Assembly: GCF_963921235.1 (NCBI RefSeq)
Contig: NC_086097.1
Span: forward strand, 175,648,001 to 175,712,000
DNA length: 64,000 nucleotides
Origin: Mobula hypostoma
Lineage: Eukaryota
Reading direction: 5' to 3'
The number at the start of each line of letters is the position of its first letter. Positions within the stretch are counted from its first letter, which is position 1. Both the position numbers and the translations under genes were made by a program. Positions 13,180 through 24,747 of the stretch are shown one piece after another. The notes beneath the pieces were generated by a model. It did no database searches. It was not told where the DNA came from and saw only the letters and a program-made list of their open reading frames with translations.

Positions 13180-13890
13180 TTCCATCCTCATCAGGGGATT
13201 GGAGGTGAAGAGGATCAGTAGCTTTAAGTTCTTTGACATTATCATATCAGAGAATCATTGGACCAGCATGTAAATGCCATCACAGAGAAGACACAGCAGC
13301 ACCTCTATTTTCAGTTTGTGTAGATTCAGCATGTCAGCAAAAGCTTTGACAGCATTCTGTATGTGCACATTGGAGAGTATCCTAACTGATAGCATCACAA
13401 CCTAGTAATGCCCAGGAACAGGTAAGTCTACAGAAAGTGGTGGGTACAGACTAATACATTGCAGACAAAGCCCTTCCCACCATTCAGCATATTTACATGT
13501 AACACTGTCATATGAAAGCAGCGTCCATCAACAAGGACTCCCACCATCCATGCTATGCTCTTCTCACAACTACAATCAGGAAGAAAGTCCAGAAGCCTTA
13601 GGTCCCACACCACCAGGTTCAGAAATGGCTATTTCCCTATAACCATCAGGTTCCTGAATAGGTATGTATACCTTCACCCACCACAATTGAACTGATACTA
13701 CATCCTACAGACTCACTTCCAAGAACTCTTTGCAACTTGTGTTCTCAGTACTACTTTGCACAATTGTTTGTATTTTGCTCATTGGTTGCTTGTCAGCCTT
13801 TGTTCATGTAAAGTTTTCATAAATTCTATTGTATTTCTTTATTTTGTAAATGCCTGAAAGAAAATGAATCTTCAAGGTAAGATATAGTAA
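13180..13890 (+). mobile_element. Rex1-type LINE 3' fragment
   Basis: VKRISSFKFF motif, QQHLYF-like and ESILT-like remnants, Rex1-type 3'UTR. Confidence 0.75.
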
Positions 13891-13894
13891 CATA

Positions 13895-14053
13895 CACTTA
13901 GTGGCCATTTTATTAGGTACACCTATATACCTGCATATTAATGCAAATATATCTCTAATCAACTAATCACGTAGCAGCTTGCAGATATGGTCAAGAGGTT
14001 CAGTTACTCGGACCAAACATCAGAATGGGGAAGAAATGTGATTTAAGTGACTG
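13895..14053 (+). mobile_element. Tc1 transposon left end (TIR and transposase start)
   Basis: TA followed by CACTTAGTGGCCATTTTATTAGGTACACC; ATG at 14025 gives MGKKCDLSD, a typical Tc1 N-terminus. Confidence 0.7.
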
Positions 14054-14232
14054 TTCAGTGATGGGGCGAGTGAAGTTATCTTCTCTGGTTCAAAACCTGA
14101 TGATTGCGGGCTAATAACTGGTCCTGAACCTGGTGGTGTAGGTTCTGAGGCTTCTGTACCACCTTCCTGAAGGCAGCAGCAAGAAGAGCATAGTCTGGAT
14201 GGTAGGGGTCCTTGATGGATGCTACTTTCCTT
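14054..14232 (-). mobile_element. Rex1 3' fragment
   Basis: Collinear with the Rex1 copy at ~16945-17135. Confidence 0.7.
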
Positions 14233-16855
14233 GGAGCTATGATTACAGAGACTTGAATGTCTCAGGGGCAGGAATAGCTGCTTAAGTGTGCTGGGCTTTA
14301 GATGTTTCAAGAAGGACAGGGAGGAAGGCAAAAGAGGTGGGGGGAGTGTATTGCTAATCAGGGATAGTATCAAGGCTGTAGAAAAGGAGGAAATCATGGA
14401 CGGATGGTCTACTGAGTCATTGTGGGTGAAGTCAGGATCAGGATAACTCTACTTGGTGTTTTTTATAGACCCCCAATAGTAACAGAGACATCGAGGAGCA
14501 GATAGTGAGGCAGATTCTGGAACGGTGCAATAATATAGGTTGTTGTGGTGGGTGATTTTAACTTTCCTAACATTGACTGGCATCTCCTTAGAGCAAGAGG
14601 CTTGGATAGAGTCGGGTCTGTGAGGTGTGTTCAGGAAGGTTTCCTGGTGCAATATGTAGAAAAGCCAACTGGAGGAGAGGCTGCACTTGATCTGGTATTG
14701 GGAAATGAACCTGGTCAGGTGTCAGATCTCCTGGCGGGACAGAGTGATCACAGCTCCATCTCCTTTACCATAGTGCTGGAAAGTGATAGGAGCAGACAAT
14801 TTGGGAAAACATTTCATTAGGGTAGGGAGAAATATGATGCTATTAGGCAGGAACTTGGGACCATAAATTAGGAGCAGATGTTCTCAGGGAAATGCACGGC
14901 AGAAATGTGGCAAATGTTCAGGGAACATTTGCACAGGTATGTCCACTGAGGCAGGGAAAGGATGGTAGGGTAAAAGAACCATGGTGTACAAAGGATGTAG
15001 ATGATCTAGTTAAGAAGATAAAGAAAAGTTTACAAAAGGTTCAAGAAACTAGTTACTGTTAGAACTCTAGAAAATTACAAGGATGCCAGGAAGGAGCTCA
15101 AGAATGAAATTAGGAGAGCCAGAAGGGGCCATGAGAAGGCCTTGGTGAGCAGGATTAAGGAAAACCCCAAGGTTTTCTACAAATTCTACAAGTTTGTGAA
15201 GAGCAAGAGGATGAGCCATATGAGAATAGGACCAATCAGGAACGATAGTGGAAACATGAGCATGGAGTCAGAAGAGATAGCAGAGGTACTTAATGAATAC
15301 CTTGCTTCACTATTCACCAGTGAAAAGGACCTTGGCAATTGTGATGACTTACAGTAGACTGAAATGGTTGAGCATGGAGCTTTTGAAAGGTATTAAGTTA
15401 CATAAGTCACTGGGACCAGATGAGATAAACACCAGGCTACTGTAGGAAGCAAGATTGCTGAGCTTTTGGCGATGATCTTTGCATCATCAATAGGGACTGG
15501 AGAAGTATGAGAGGATTGGAAGGTTGCAAATGTTTTTCCCTTATTCAAGAAAGGGAGTAGAGATAACCCAGGAAATTACAGACCAGTGAGTCTTCCTTCA
15601 GTGGTGGGCAAGTTGTTGGAGAAGATCCTGAGAGGCAGGATTTATAAGCAGTTGGACAGGCATAATCTCATTAGGGATAGTCAGCACGGGCCTTACAAGC
15701 CTAAATGAATTATTTGAGGATGTAACAAAACACATTAATGAAGGTAGAGCAATGGATGTTGTGTATATGAATTTCAGTAAGGCATTTGATAAGGTTCCCT
15801 ATGCAAGGCTCATTCAGAAAGTAATGAGGCATGGGATCCAAGGAGACCTTGCTTTGTGGATCAGAATTGGCTTGCCCTCAGAAGGCAAAAGGTGGTTGTC
15901 GATGATTCATATTCTGCATGGACGATGGTGACTAGTGGTGTTCCGCAGGGATCTGTTCTGAAACCTGTCCCCTTTGTGATTTTTAGAAATGACCTGGATG
16001 AGGAGTAGAAGGGTGGGTTAGTAAGTTTGCTGATGACACAAAAGTTGGGGTGTTGAGGATCGCCTAGAGGGTTGTCAGAGGTTACAGCGGGACATCGATA
16101 TTATGCAGAACTGGACTGAGAAGTGGCAGATGGAGTTCAACCCAGATAAATGTGAAGTGGTTCATTTTGGTAGGTCAAATTTGAAGACAGAATATAATAT
16201 TAATGGTAAGGCTTTTGCCTGCGTGGAGGATCAGCGAGATCTTGGAGTCCGTGTCCATGGGACACTCAAAGCTGCTACGCAGGCTGACAGTGTTAAGAAG
16301 GTGCATGGTGTGTTGGCCTTCATCCACCGTGGGACTGCGTTCGAGAGCCATGAGGTAATGTTAAAGCTATATAACACCTTAGTTAGACCCCACTTGGAGT
16401 ACTGTGTTCAGTTCCTGTCACCTCACTACAGGAAGGATGTGGATACTATAGAGTGCAGAGGAGATTTACAAAGATGTTGCCTGGATTGGAGAGCGTGCCT
16501 TATGAGAATAAGTTAAGTAAACTTGGCCTTTTCTCCTTAGAGTGATGAAGGATGAGAGGTGACCTGACAGAGGTGTATAAGATAATGAGAAGCTTTGATC
16601 ATGTGGATAAACAAAGGGTTTTTCCAAGGATTGAAATGGCCCTTGAGTGGTGGATGCATGGAATGCACTGCCAGTGAATGTGGTAGAGGTGGATATAATA
16701 GGGTCTTCTAAGAGACTCTTAGTTAGGTACATGGAGCTTAGAAAAATAGTAGTAGGGAAATTCTAGGCAGTTTCTCGAGCAGGTTACATGGTCAGCACAG
16801 CAATGTGGGCTGAAGAGCCTGTAATGTGCTGTAGTTTTCTCTGTCTATGTTCTCG
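14233..16855 (+). mobile_element. Degenerate CR1 ORF2 (APE-RT) with 3' tail
   Basis: VGDFNFPNIDW, LDLVLGNEPGQV, KENPK, KWQMEFNPDKCEVVHFG, LVRPHLEYCVQF; many disruptions. Confidence 0.9.
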
Positions 16856-16859
16856 GTTC

Positions 16860-17470
16860 TATAAATAAATAGCAATAAATAATGAGAACATAAGATAATG
16901 AGATAAGAGTCCTTGGCAGTAAGAACATTTGTTGTAGGAACATTTCAATGGTGGGGCAAATGAAGTTGAGTGTAGTCATCCCCTTTTGTTCAAGGGCCTG
17001 ATGGTTGTGGGGTAGCAACTGTTCTTGAACCTGGTGTTGCGAATCCTGAGGCTCTTGCATCTTCTACCTGATGGCAGCAGCGAGAAGAAAGCATGACCTG
17101 GGTGGTGGGGATTGTAATGATGGATGCTGCTTTCCTACAACAGCGTTTTATGTAGGTGTGTTCAATGGTTGGGAGGGCTTTACCCATGATGTACAGGGTT
17201 GAATCTACTACTTTTTGTAAAATTTTCCATTCAAGGCTATTGGTGTTTCCATAGTAGGCTGTGATGCAGACAGTCAATATACTCTCCACTCCACATCTAT
17301 AGAAGCTTGTCAAAGTTTTAGATGTCATGCCAATTCTCGGCAAACACCTAAGGAAGTAAAGGTGCTGCCATGCTTTCTTCGTAATTGTACCTACGTGCTG
17401 GGCCCAAGACAGGTCCTCCAAAATTGTAGCACTGAGGATTTTAAAGTTGCTAACCCTCTCCACCACTGAT
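16860..17470 (-). mobile_element. Rex1 LINE 3' part
   Basis: VERVSNFKIL..KKAWQHLYFLR..FYRCGVESILT..LQKVV. Confidence 0.85.
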
Positions 17471-17599
17471 TTTTCAATGCATAATGAAGCCATGTTCATG
17501 GACCTTCCAGAAATCTGATGTCAGATGGGAAGAAGCTGCTTCTGAATCATCTTCAGGCTTCCGTACCTCCTCCCTAATGGTAGTAATAAAAAGTGTGCT

Positions 17600-18935
17600 T
17601 GTACCAGACGGTGTCACAGCTGCAGAAAAGGAGGAAGTCATGGAGGGATTGTCTACTGAGTCTCTGTGGGTGGAAGTTAGAAACAGGAAGGGGTTAATAA
17701 CTCTGCTGGGTGTTCTTTTTATAGGCCACCCAATAGTAACATTCGGGTAGATGAAGCTCGTCAGCCTGGGAAGGCAGTCCATCTAAGGCATTTGATAAGG
17801 TTACCCCATGCAAGGCTTATTGACAAAAGTAAGGAGGCATGGGATCCAAGGCGACCTTGCTTTGTGGATCCAAAATTGGCTTGCTTACAGAAGGCAAAGA
17901 GCAGTTGTAGATGTGTCATTTTCTGTATAGAAGTTGGTGACTAGTGGTGTGCCTCAGGGATCTGTTCTAGGACCCCTTCTCTGAGTTTTATAAATGACCT
18001 GGCTGACGAAGTGGAGGGATGGATTAGTATATTTGCTGATGATACAAAGGTTGGGGGTGTTGTGGATAGTGTGGACGGCTGTCAGAGGTTACAGCGTGAC
18101 ATCGATAGGATGCAAAACTAGGCTGAGAAGTGGCAGATGGAGTTCAACCCAGATAAGTGTGAGATGGTTCATTTTGGTAGGTCAAATATATTGGCAGAAT
18201 ATAGTATTAATGGTAAGACTCTTGGCAGTGTGGAGGATCAGAGGGATCTTGGGGTCCGTATCCATCCGACAGTCAAACCTGCTGTGTAAGTGGACTGTGT
18301 GGTTAAGAAGGCAAATGGTGCATTGGCCTCTTTCAACCGTGGGATTGAGTTCAAGCTGAGAGGTGATGTTACAGCTAAATAGGACCCTGGTCAGACCCCA
18401 CTTGGAGTACTGTGCTCAGTTCTGGTCGCCTCACTACAGGAAGGATGTGGAAACCATAGAAAGGGTGCAGAGGAGATTTACAAGGATGTTGCCTGGATTG
18501 GGGAGCATGCCTTATGAGAATAGGTTGCGTGAACTTGGCCTTTTCTCCTTAAAGTGATGGAGGATGAGAGGTGACCTCATAGAGGTGTGTAAGATGGTTA
18601 GAGGCATTGATTGTGTGGATAGTCAGAGGCTTTTTCCAAGGGCTGAAATGGCTAACGTGAGAGGGCACAATTTTAAGGTGCTTGGAAGCGGATACAGAGG
18701 AGATGTCAGGGGTAAGTTTTTATGCAGAGAGTGGTAAATGCGTGGAATGGGCTGCTGGTGACAGTGGTGGAGACGGATACAATAGGGTCTTTTAAGAGAC
18801 TCTTAGATAGGTACATGGAGCTTAGAAAAATAGAGGGCTATGGGTAACCCTAGGCAATTTCTAAAGTAAGTACATGTTTGACGCAGCATTGTTGGCCGAA
18901 GTTCCTGTATTGTGCTGTAGGTCTTCTGTGTTTTT
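17600..18935 (+). mobile_element. CR1 fragment (short APE piece joined to RT and 3' end)
   Basis: ESLWVEVRNRKG, then LVRPHLEYCAQFWSPHYRKD, then the CR1 3' tail. Confidence 0.85.
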
Positions 18936-18939
18936 CCTA

Positions 18940-19850
18940 TGACATAGATGTGCTCAATGGTGGGGAGTGCATCACCTGTGAAGGACTGGGCCATATCCAC
19001 TACTTTTTGTGGACTTCTCTGTACCAGGCCATGACGCAACCAGTCAATATACTCTCCACCACACATCTATAGAAGTTTGTCAAAGTTTCAGATGTCATGC
19101 CTAATCTTTGCAAACTTCTAAGGAAGTAGAGGTGCTGTTGTGCTTTCTTCATAATGGCATTTCTGTGCTGGACCCAGGACAGAATCTCTGAAATGAAAAC
19201 CACGAGGAATTTAAAGTTACTGATCCCAATAAGGACTAGCTTATGGACCTCTGTTTTTTTCCTGAAGAAAATAATCAGCTCCTTGTCTTGCTGACTTTGG
19301 ACAAGAGGTTGTTGTGGCACCAGGCAGTCGGATTTATTTTAATCTCCCTCCATCAGATTCATCATCACCTTTGATTCAGCCAACAACAGTGATGTTGTCT
19401 GCACACTTGTATATTGTATTGGAGCTATATTTAGCCTCACAATCACATGTGTAAAGTGAGTAGAGGAGGGAGGCTAAGCGCACAGCTTTGCAAGGCACCT
19501 GTCCTGATGGAGATTGTCGAGGAGATGTTGCCAATGTGAACTGACTCAGGTCTGCAAGTGAGGAATACGAGGATCTAGTTGCAGAAGGAGGCATTGAGAC
19601 CAAGTGTTTGAAAGTTAGCTTTGAAGCTAACATTGAATGCTGAGCTGTAGTCAATGAAGAGCATCCTGATGTATGCATCTTCACTGTCTAGGTGTTCCAG
19701 GATTGAGTGAAGAGCGAATGAAATGGCATTAACTGTTGACATGGTGTAACAGTAGGCACATCGGAGTGGCTCCAAGTCGCTTCTCAGAGAAGAGTTCATA
19801 TTTCATCACCAACCTCGGAAGGCACTTCATCACAGTGAATGTAAGTGCTA
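18940..19850 (-). mobile_element. Rex1 LINE RT fragment
   Basis: YIRMLFIDYSSAFN, LLYSLYT, KCADNITVVG, KKAQQHLYFLR. Confidence 0.85.
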
Positions 19851-19906
19851 CCTAAGTTGAACCTTGATGTGGATGTGCTCCAGCAGCAGAAGACAATGAA
19901 TATTTT

Positions 19907-19963
19907 CTCAGTGGCCACTTTATTAGCTACAGGAAGTACCTAATAAAGTGGTCAATGAGTGTA
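19907..19963. mobile_element. Minimal Tc1-derived hairpin MITE (two TIRs, 5-nt spacer)
   Basis: CTCAGTGGCCACTTTATTAGCTAC-AGGAA-GTACCTAATAAAGTGGTCAATGAG(TG)TA; the arms match the Tc1 TIR at 13895. Confidence 0.75.
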
Positions 19964-22160
19964 CATTGATAAATTTACTTTGACTTTTTAACCCTGAATT
20001 AGCACCCACAGCCTCTTGTATTTTCACATCACCTTCCAGCCTGCCTCCACCTCCCCCCAAGTGTCCCTTATCTCTCTTACCTATCACCATCAGCTTCTGT
20101 CTCCCAACTCTAGACCTCCCCTTTACCACCACCCTCCTCCTCATCTGAATCTGCCTATCACCAGCCAGCCCTTCCCTCACTCCTCTGTCTCATCTCTTTA
20201 TGCGACCATAAGATATCGGAGCAGATTTAGGCCATTTGGCTCATCAAATCTGCTCCACTATTTCATCATAGCTGATCCAACTTTTCTCTCAGCTCCAATC
20301 TCGTGCCTGCTCCCTGTGTCTCTTCCTGCCCTGACTAATCAAGAATCTATCAACCTCTGCCTTGAATGCACATATAAACTTGTCCTCCAAAGCTGCCTGT
20401 GGCAAGGTTGTATACTAGCTCTCTACCCTCTACACTCGGTCCTGACTATCCTCTGCCTCCACAGTTGCTGCTTCACCTGAGGTGCTACAGCAGATTCCAT
20501 TCTTTACCACTTTTCCCATTGCCTTGTGAATTTAATGTTTGGATGAATCCATGGCACTGTTGTAATGATTCTACTTTGACATCCTCTCTGGCGTGCTGGG
20601 CAATATTTTATATCTGAACCCACACTCATTTTGTTAATAACACAGTCACTTGTGAAATCTTGCTGTGGGTACATTTACAGCAAAGATCCAAGTGTTTAAT
20701 TGGCCGTGAAGCCCTTTGGATTTTTAAAATTGCTGTAAAATTCAAAATATTACCACATGAGTCAAGGACATCTCAAATTTCATTTATCAAACTCTTGGAT
20801 GGACTCTTGGCCTCACAATCTACCTCATTATTATCTTGCATTTTATCACTTTCCTGTACTGCATTTTTTTGATAGCTTCTATACTTTTATTTTGCATTGT
20901 TCTTGTTTTATCTTATTCTAACTCAATATACTGTGTAATGAATAGATCTGTATAAGCAGTATGCAAGATAAGCTTTTCACTGTATTGTGGCACGTGACGA
21001 TAATCCATACCATTGTTTTACAATTTACCAATAAATTCCACAAATCTAATGCTGGAAGGTTTTTAATGATCAAAATTAAATAATTTGCTGAAGTTCTGGT
21101 TTCTGATTAGAGTTGTGTTGGTTGGTACAAGAACAAAATCGCTGAAGGGAAGCTGCTGTTTTTGAACTCAGTAGTGTGGGACTTCAGACTCCTGTACCTC
21201 CTACCCATTGGTAGCTGCAAAAAGTTGGCATGACCTGGTTTTTGATGGATGTTGCCACCTTGAAGCAGTGCTCATGTCGATACTTCAGTGGAGAAGGATG
21301 TACATTTGATGTATTGAGCAGAGTGCACTGCTCTCTGCAGCTTCTTCTGTTCCTCATTCGGATTGCCATTTCCAGACAATGATGCCACAAATCAGGATAC
21401 TTTCAATGATACATCTGCAGAAGTTTGGTAGAATGTTTGGTGACCTGCTGAGCCTCCTAAGAAAGTATTGATGCTGATGTGCCTTCTTTGTGATTGCATA
21501 TATGTGTTGAATTCAGGACAACTCATTTAATATGTTAATATCCAGGAAATGGCATTTTCTCCTAGGTTAGTTCTCCGTAGAAAACATCCCCAGTAATCAT
21601 ATCAATTATTGTTCATGCCATGAATGTGCTGAAGGTAAAGAGCCTTGTCATGGACTCAGCAATTAAGGGGTGATTTTGTATGAAGCAGAGGAGTGAGGCA
21701 AGTGGGACTAGCTCCGGTGGAGCTAGTTAGGCCAAAGGGTTTGCTTTAGTGGTGTGAGACTAGACTGAATTTGTGACTGTATTCACCCAGCACATTCTCA
21801 CAGCAAATGATACATTTCACTGTTTTGATGTACTAGTAACAAATACAGTAAAGCTAAAATTCTTTGAGGTTCCTTAGTAATGAGAACAGGAAGATCCATA
21901 ATTAGCCGGGATGCTCCAGTAGATTTCCAATCAGTCAACGTCTGCCTCACTAAGATTAGGGTTGCAGCAGCACTGACTACTAATATTGCTTCACCTTCAC
22001 TTGCACCTCTTTTGTTTCAAACCATGATTACATCCTTTTTTTTTAAATAACTGAAGTGATGATGAGTTAACGGCATTTTTTTCCTCTTAATCCTGAAAAC
22101 ATCATTGAAGCAAAAATAATAATGAAACATAGGAAATACTATACCATAGACTGGCTGGAG

Positions 22161-22400
22161 GAGGGGAGGGAGGGAACGTCAACTCAGACCATGAGAGGAC
22201 TGTATCGGGCATTTTCATGCCTTACAAGGCGCAGATTGGAAGACTGTGTGGGGTGCCACTCCTCACACAGACTAGAGCAATGTGTGATTAAGTGCCTTGC
22301 TCAAGGACACAAACACGTTGCCACAGATGAGGCTCGAACTACCGACCTTGAGATCACTAGACAAACGCCTTAACCACTTGGCCACGTGCCCAACACACAC
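22161..22400 (-). mobile_element. tRNA-derived CORE-type SINE with 13-bp TSD
   Basis: Minus strand has A box TGGCCAAGTGG, B box GTTCGAGCC, CORE-like GTGTCCTTGAGCAAGGCACTTAA and a (CCCT)n tail. AGACTGGCTGGAG occurs at 22148-22160 and 22401-22413. Confidence 0.85.
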
Positions 22401-23709
22401 AGACTGGCTGGAGAGCTAATTACTAATTGTAATGACTGATGAAATGCAGGATGTCCCGTCTACCTCACCTTTTTATGTCCAGACCCCTTTCACCTAGAAG
22501 TGAAAGGGTTAACATGAGCATTTAATGGCTTTGAGTCTGTACTCATTGGAGTTTAGAAGAATGAGTGAGGATCTCATAGAAACCTTTCAAATATTGGAAG
22601 GCTTAGATTGGGTGAATATGGAGAGGATATTTCCAGTAGTGGGAGAGAGGGCACAGCCCCAGAATACAAAGCTGCCCATTTGAGCTGAGGTGAGGAGGGA
22701 TTACTTCAGCCAGAGGCTGGAGGACAGGTTTGAGAGGGAAAACAAGTCAACCGTGATCAAATGGTGGAGCAGACTTGATGGGTCAAATGGCCTCATTTTG
22801 CTTCCGTGTCTTATGGAATCTTGTAGCGAATCGCTCACCTAACTGCCCACAGCCTGGCCATCACCTAAATTGTTTAATTGGCTTATTACTGCCACAGGTA
22901 CAGGGTACAGTGAAGAGGGTTTTGCACACCGTCCATAGAGCTCATTTAATTACATCAATGCATTGAGATCGAACAGTGGAAGGTTCAACAAATGAGTAGG
23001 ATGTGATGCTCTCTACCTGCCTGGATGAGCACAGCTTCAACACAAGAACCTCAACCTCATCCAGGACACACCAGCCTGCCTGATGGGTACCCCATTCACT
23101 CACTCCAACAACGACATGTCGGAGCAGCAGTTTATACCAGCTACAGAGAGCATTGCAGCAACTCAGCACCGTCCAAACCTACCACCTCTACAAGCTGGAA
23201 GGACAAGGAATGCTGCCAGATGGAAGCTGCCTGCTAAGCAACATACCACCCTGACTCAAAACATACCATTGCTCCTGCAACAAGATCCTGGAACTCCCTC
23301 CCCAAGGCCTGCACTGGTTCAGGAATGCAATTCACCAAGGGCAGAAAGGGGGAAGAATCATGTGTGGTGAGTATAGGGAGTTAGGGAAAAGTGCTGAAGA
23401 ACAGGATCTCCAAGGTTAATCCCTGGATGAATCCTAGTGCCATGTGCTAGTCAGGGCAGGAACAGGATGATGATACAGGTGAATGAGTGGCTGAGGAAGT
23501 GGTGCCGGGGCAGGGTTTCAGATTTCTAGATAATTGGGAATTCTTCTGGGGAAGGTATGAACTGCACAAAAAGGACCGGTGCACTTGAACCGAAGAGGGA
23601 CCAATACCCTTGCAGGCAGACTTGCTAGAGCTGTTGGGAAGAGTTGGCAGGGGCATGGGAACTGGTATGTGGAAAGTCAGGGAGACCTCCAGTCTCCCAG
23701 GTAAACATA

Positions 23710-24328
23710 CGAGGGGTGATTGATAAGTTCATGGCCTAAGGTAGAAAGAGTCAATTTTAGAAATTTCTAGCACATTTCTTTTTCAACATAGGCCCCTCCT
23801 ACATGTACACACTTAGTCCAGTGATTGTGGAGCATACGGATCTCTTCTTTGTAGAAGTGGTCCACAGCAGGGGTGATTGATAAGTTTGTGGCCTAAGGTA
23901 GAAGGAGATGAGTTATAAGCTTCAAACATTCTGCATTATCACTCAAAAAGTTGAACTGAACATGCATGTAACGAGAGTGTCTTGGACCTCCCAGTGGTCC
24001 ATAGCAGGGGTGATTGATAAGTACGTGGCTTAGGGTAGAAGGAGATGAGTTATACCACTCTCGTTACATGCACGTGCAATTCAACTCTGAGTGAAAATGC
24101 AGAAAGTTTGAAGTTAATAACTCATCTCCTACCTTAGGCCACGAACCTATCAATCACCCCTGCAGCGGACCACTTCTGGAGGTTCAAGACACCGACTTCT
24201 ACAAAGAAGAGATCCGTATGCTCCAAGACCGCTGGACTAAGTGTGTAAAAGTAGGAAAAATAAATGTGCTAGGTTTTCTAAAATAGACTCCTTCTACCTT
24301 AGGCCACAAACTTATCAATCACCTCTTG
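23710..24328. mobile_element. Mariner-derived fold-back MITE, TA TSD
   Basis: TA|CGAGGGGTGATTGATAAGTT...AACTTATCAATCACCTCTTG|TA. Both arms carry a mariner C-terminal remnant (FYKEEIRML..W.KC..VG..YVEK). Internal TIR copies at ~23870, ~24007 and ~24121-24160. Confidence 0.88.
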
Positions 24329-24747
24329 TATCTGTACCAAGTGCTGTGAGCTGCAGCTCCTGAGAGAACATATTAAGGAACTGGATCTGCAGGTTGATGA
24401 CCTTTGACTCATATGAGAGAATCAGGAGGTGATAGACAGGAGTTACAAGGAGGTAGTTACCCCTAGATTGCAGAAGGCAGGTAACTGGTTGACTGCCAGG
24501 AGAAGGAAGGGAAATGGGGAAATGCATAGCTAGTGCAGAGTATACTTGTTGCTATTCCCCTCAATAATAAGTAGATACGGTTGAGGGTGATGACAACCTG
24601 GCGGGGGGGAGGGAGGGTGGAGCCACAGCGACCAAGTCTTTGGCACTGAATCTGATGCTATGGCTCAGAAGAGCAGAGAAGTGAAGATGACTGCAGTGTT
24701 TGTAGGAGATCACATAGTCAGAGGAACAGAGACACCCAGATGGTATG

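Noticed and set aside
22325..22398. tRNA gene
   Set aside because: The A/B boxes form the head of a SINE that continues into a CORE-like body and tail and is flanked by a TSD.
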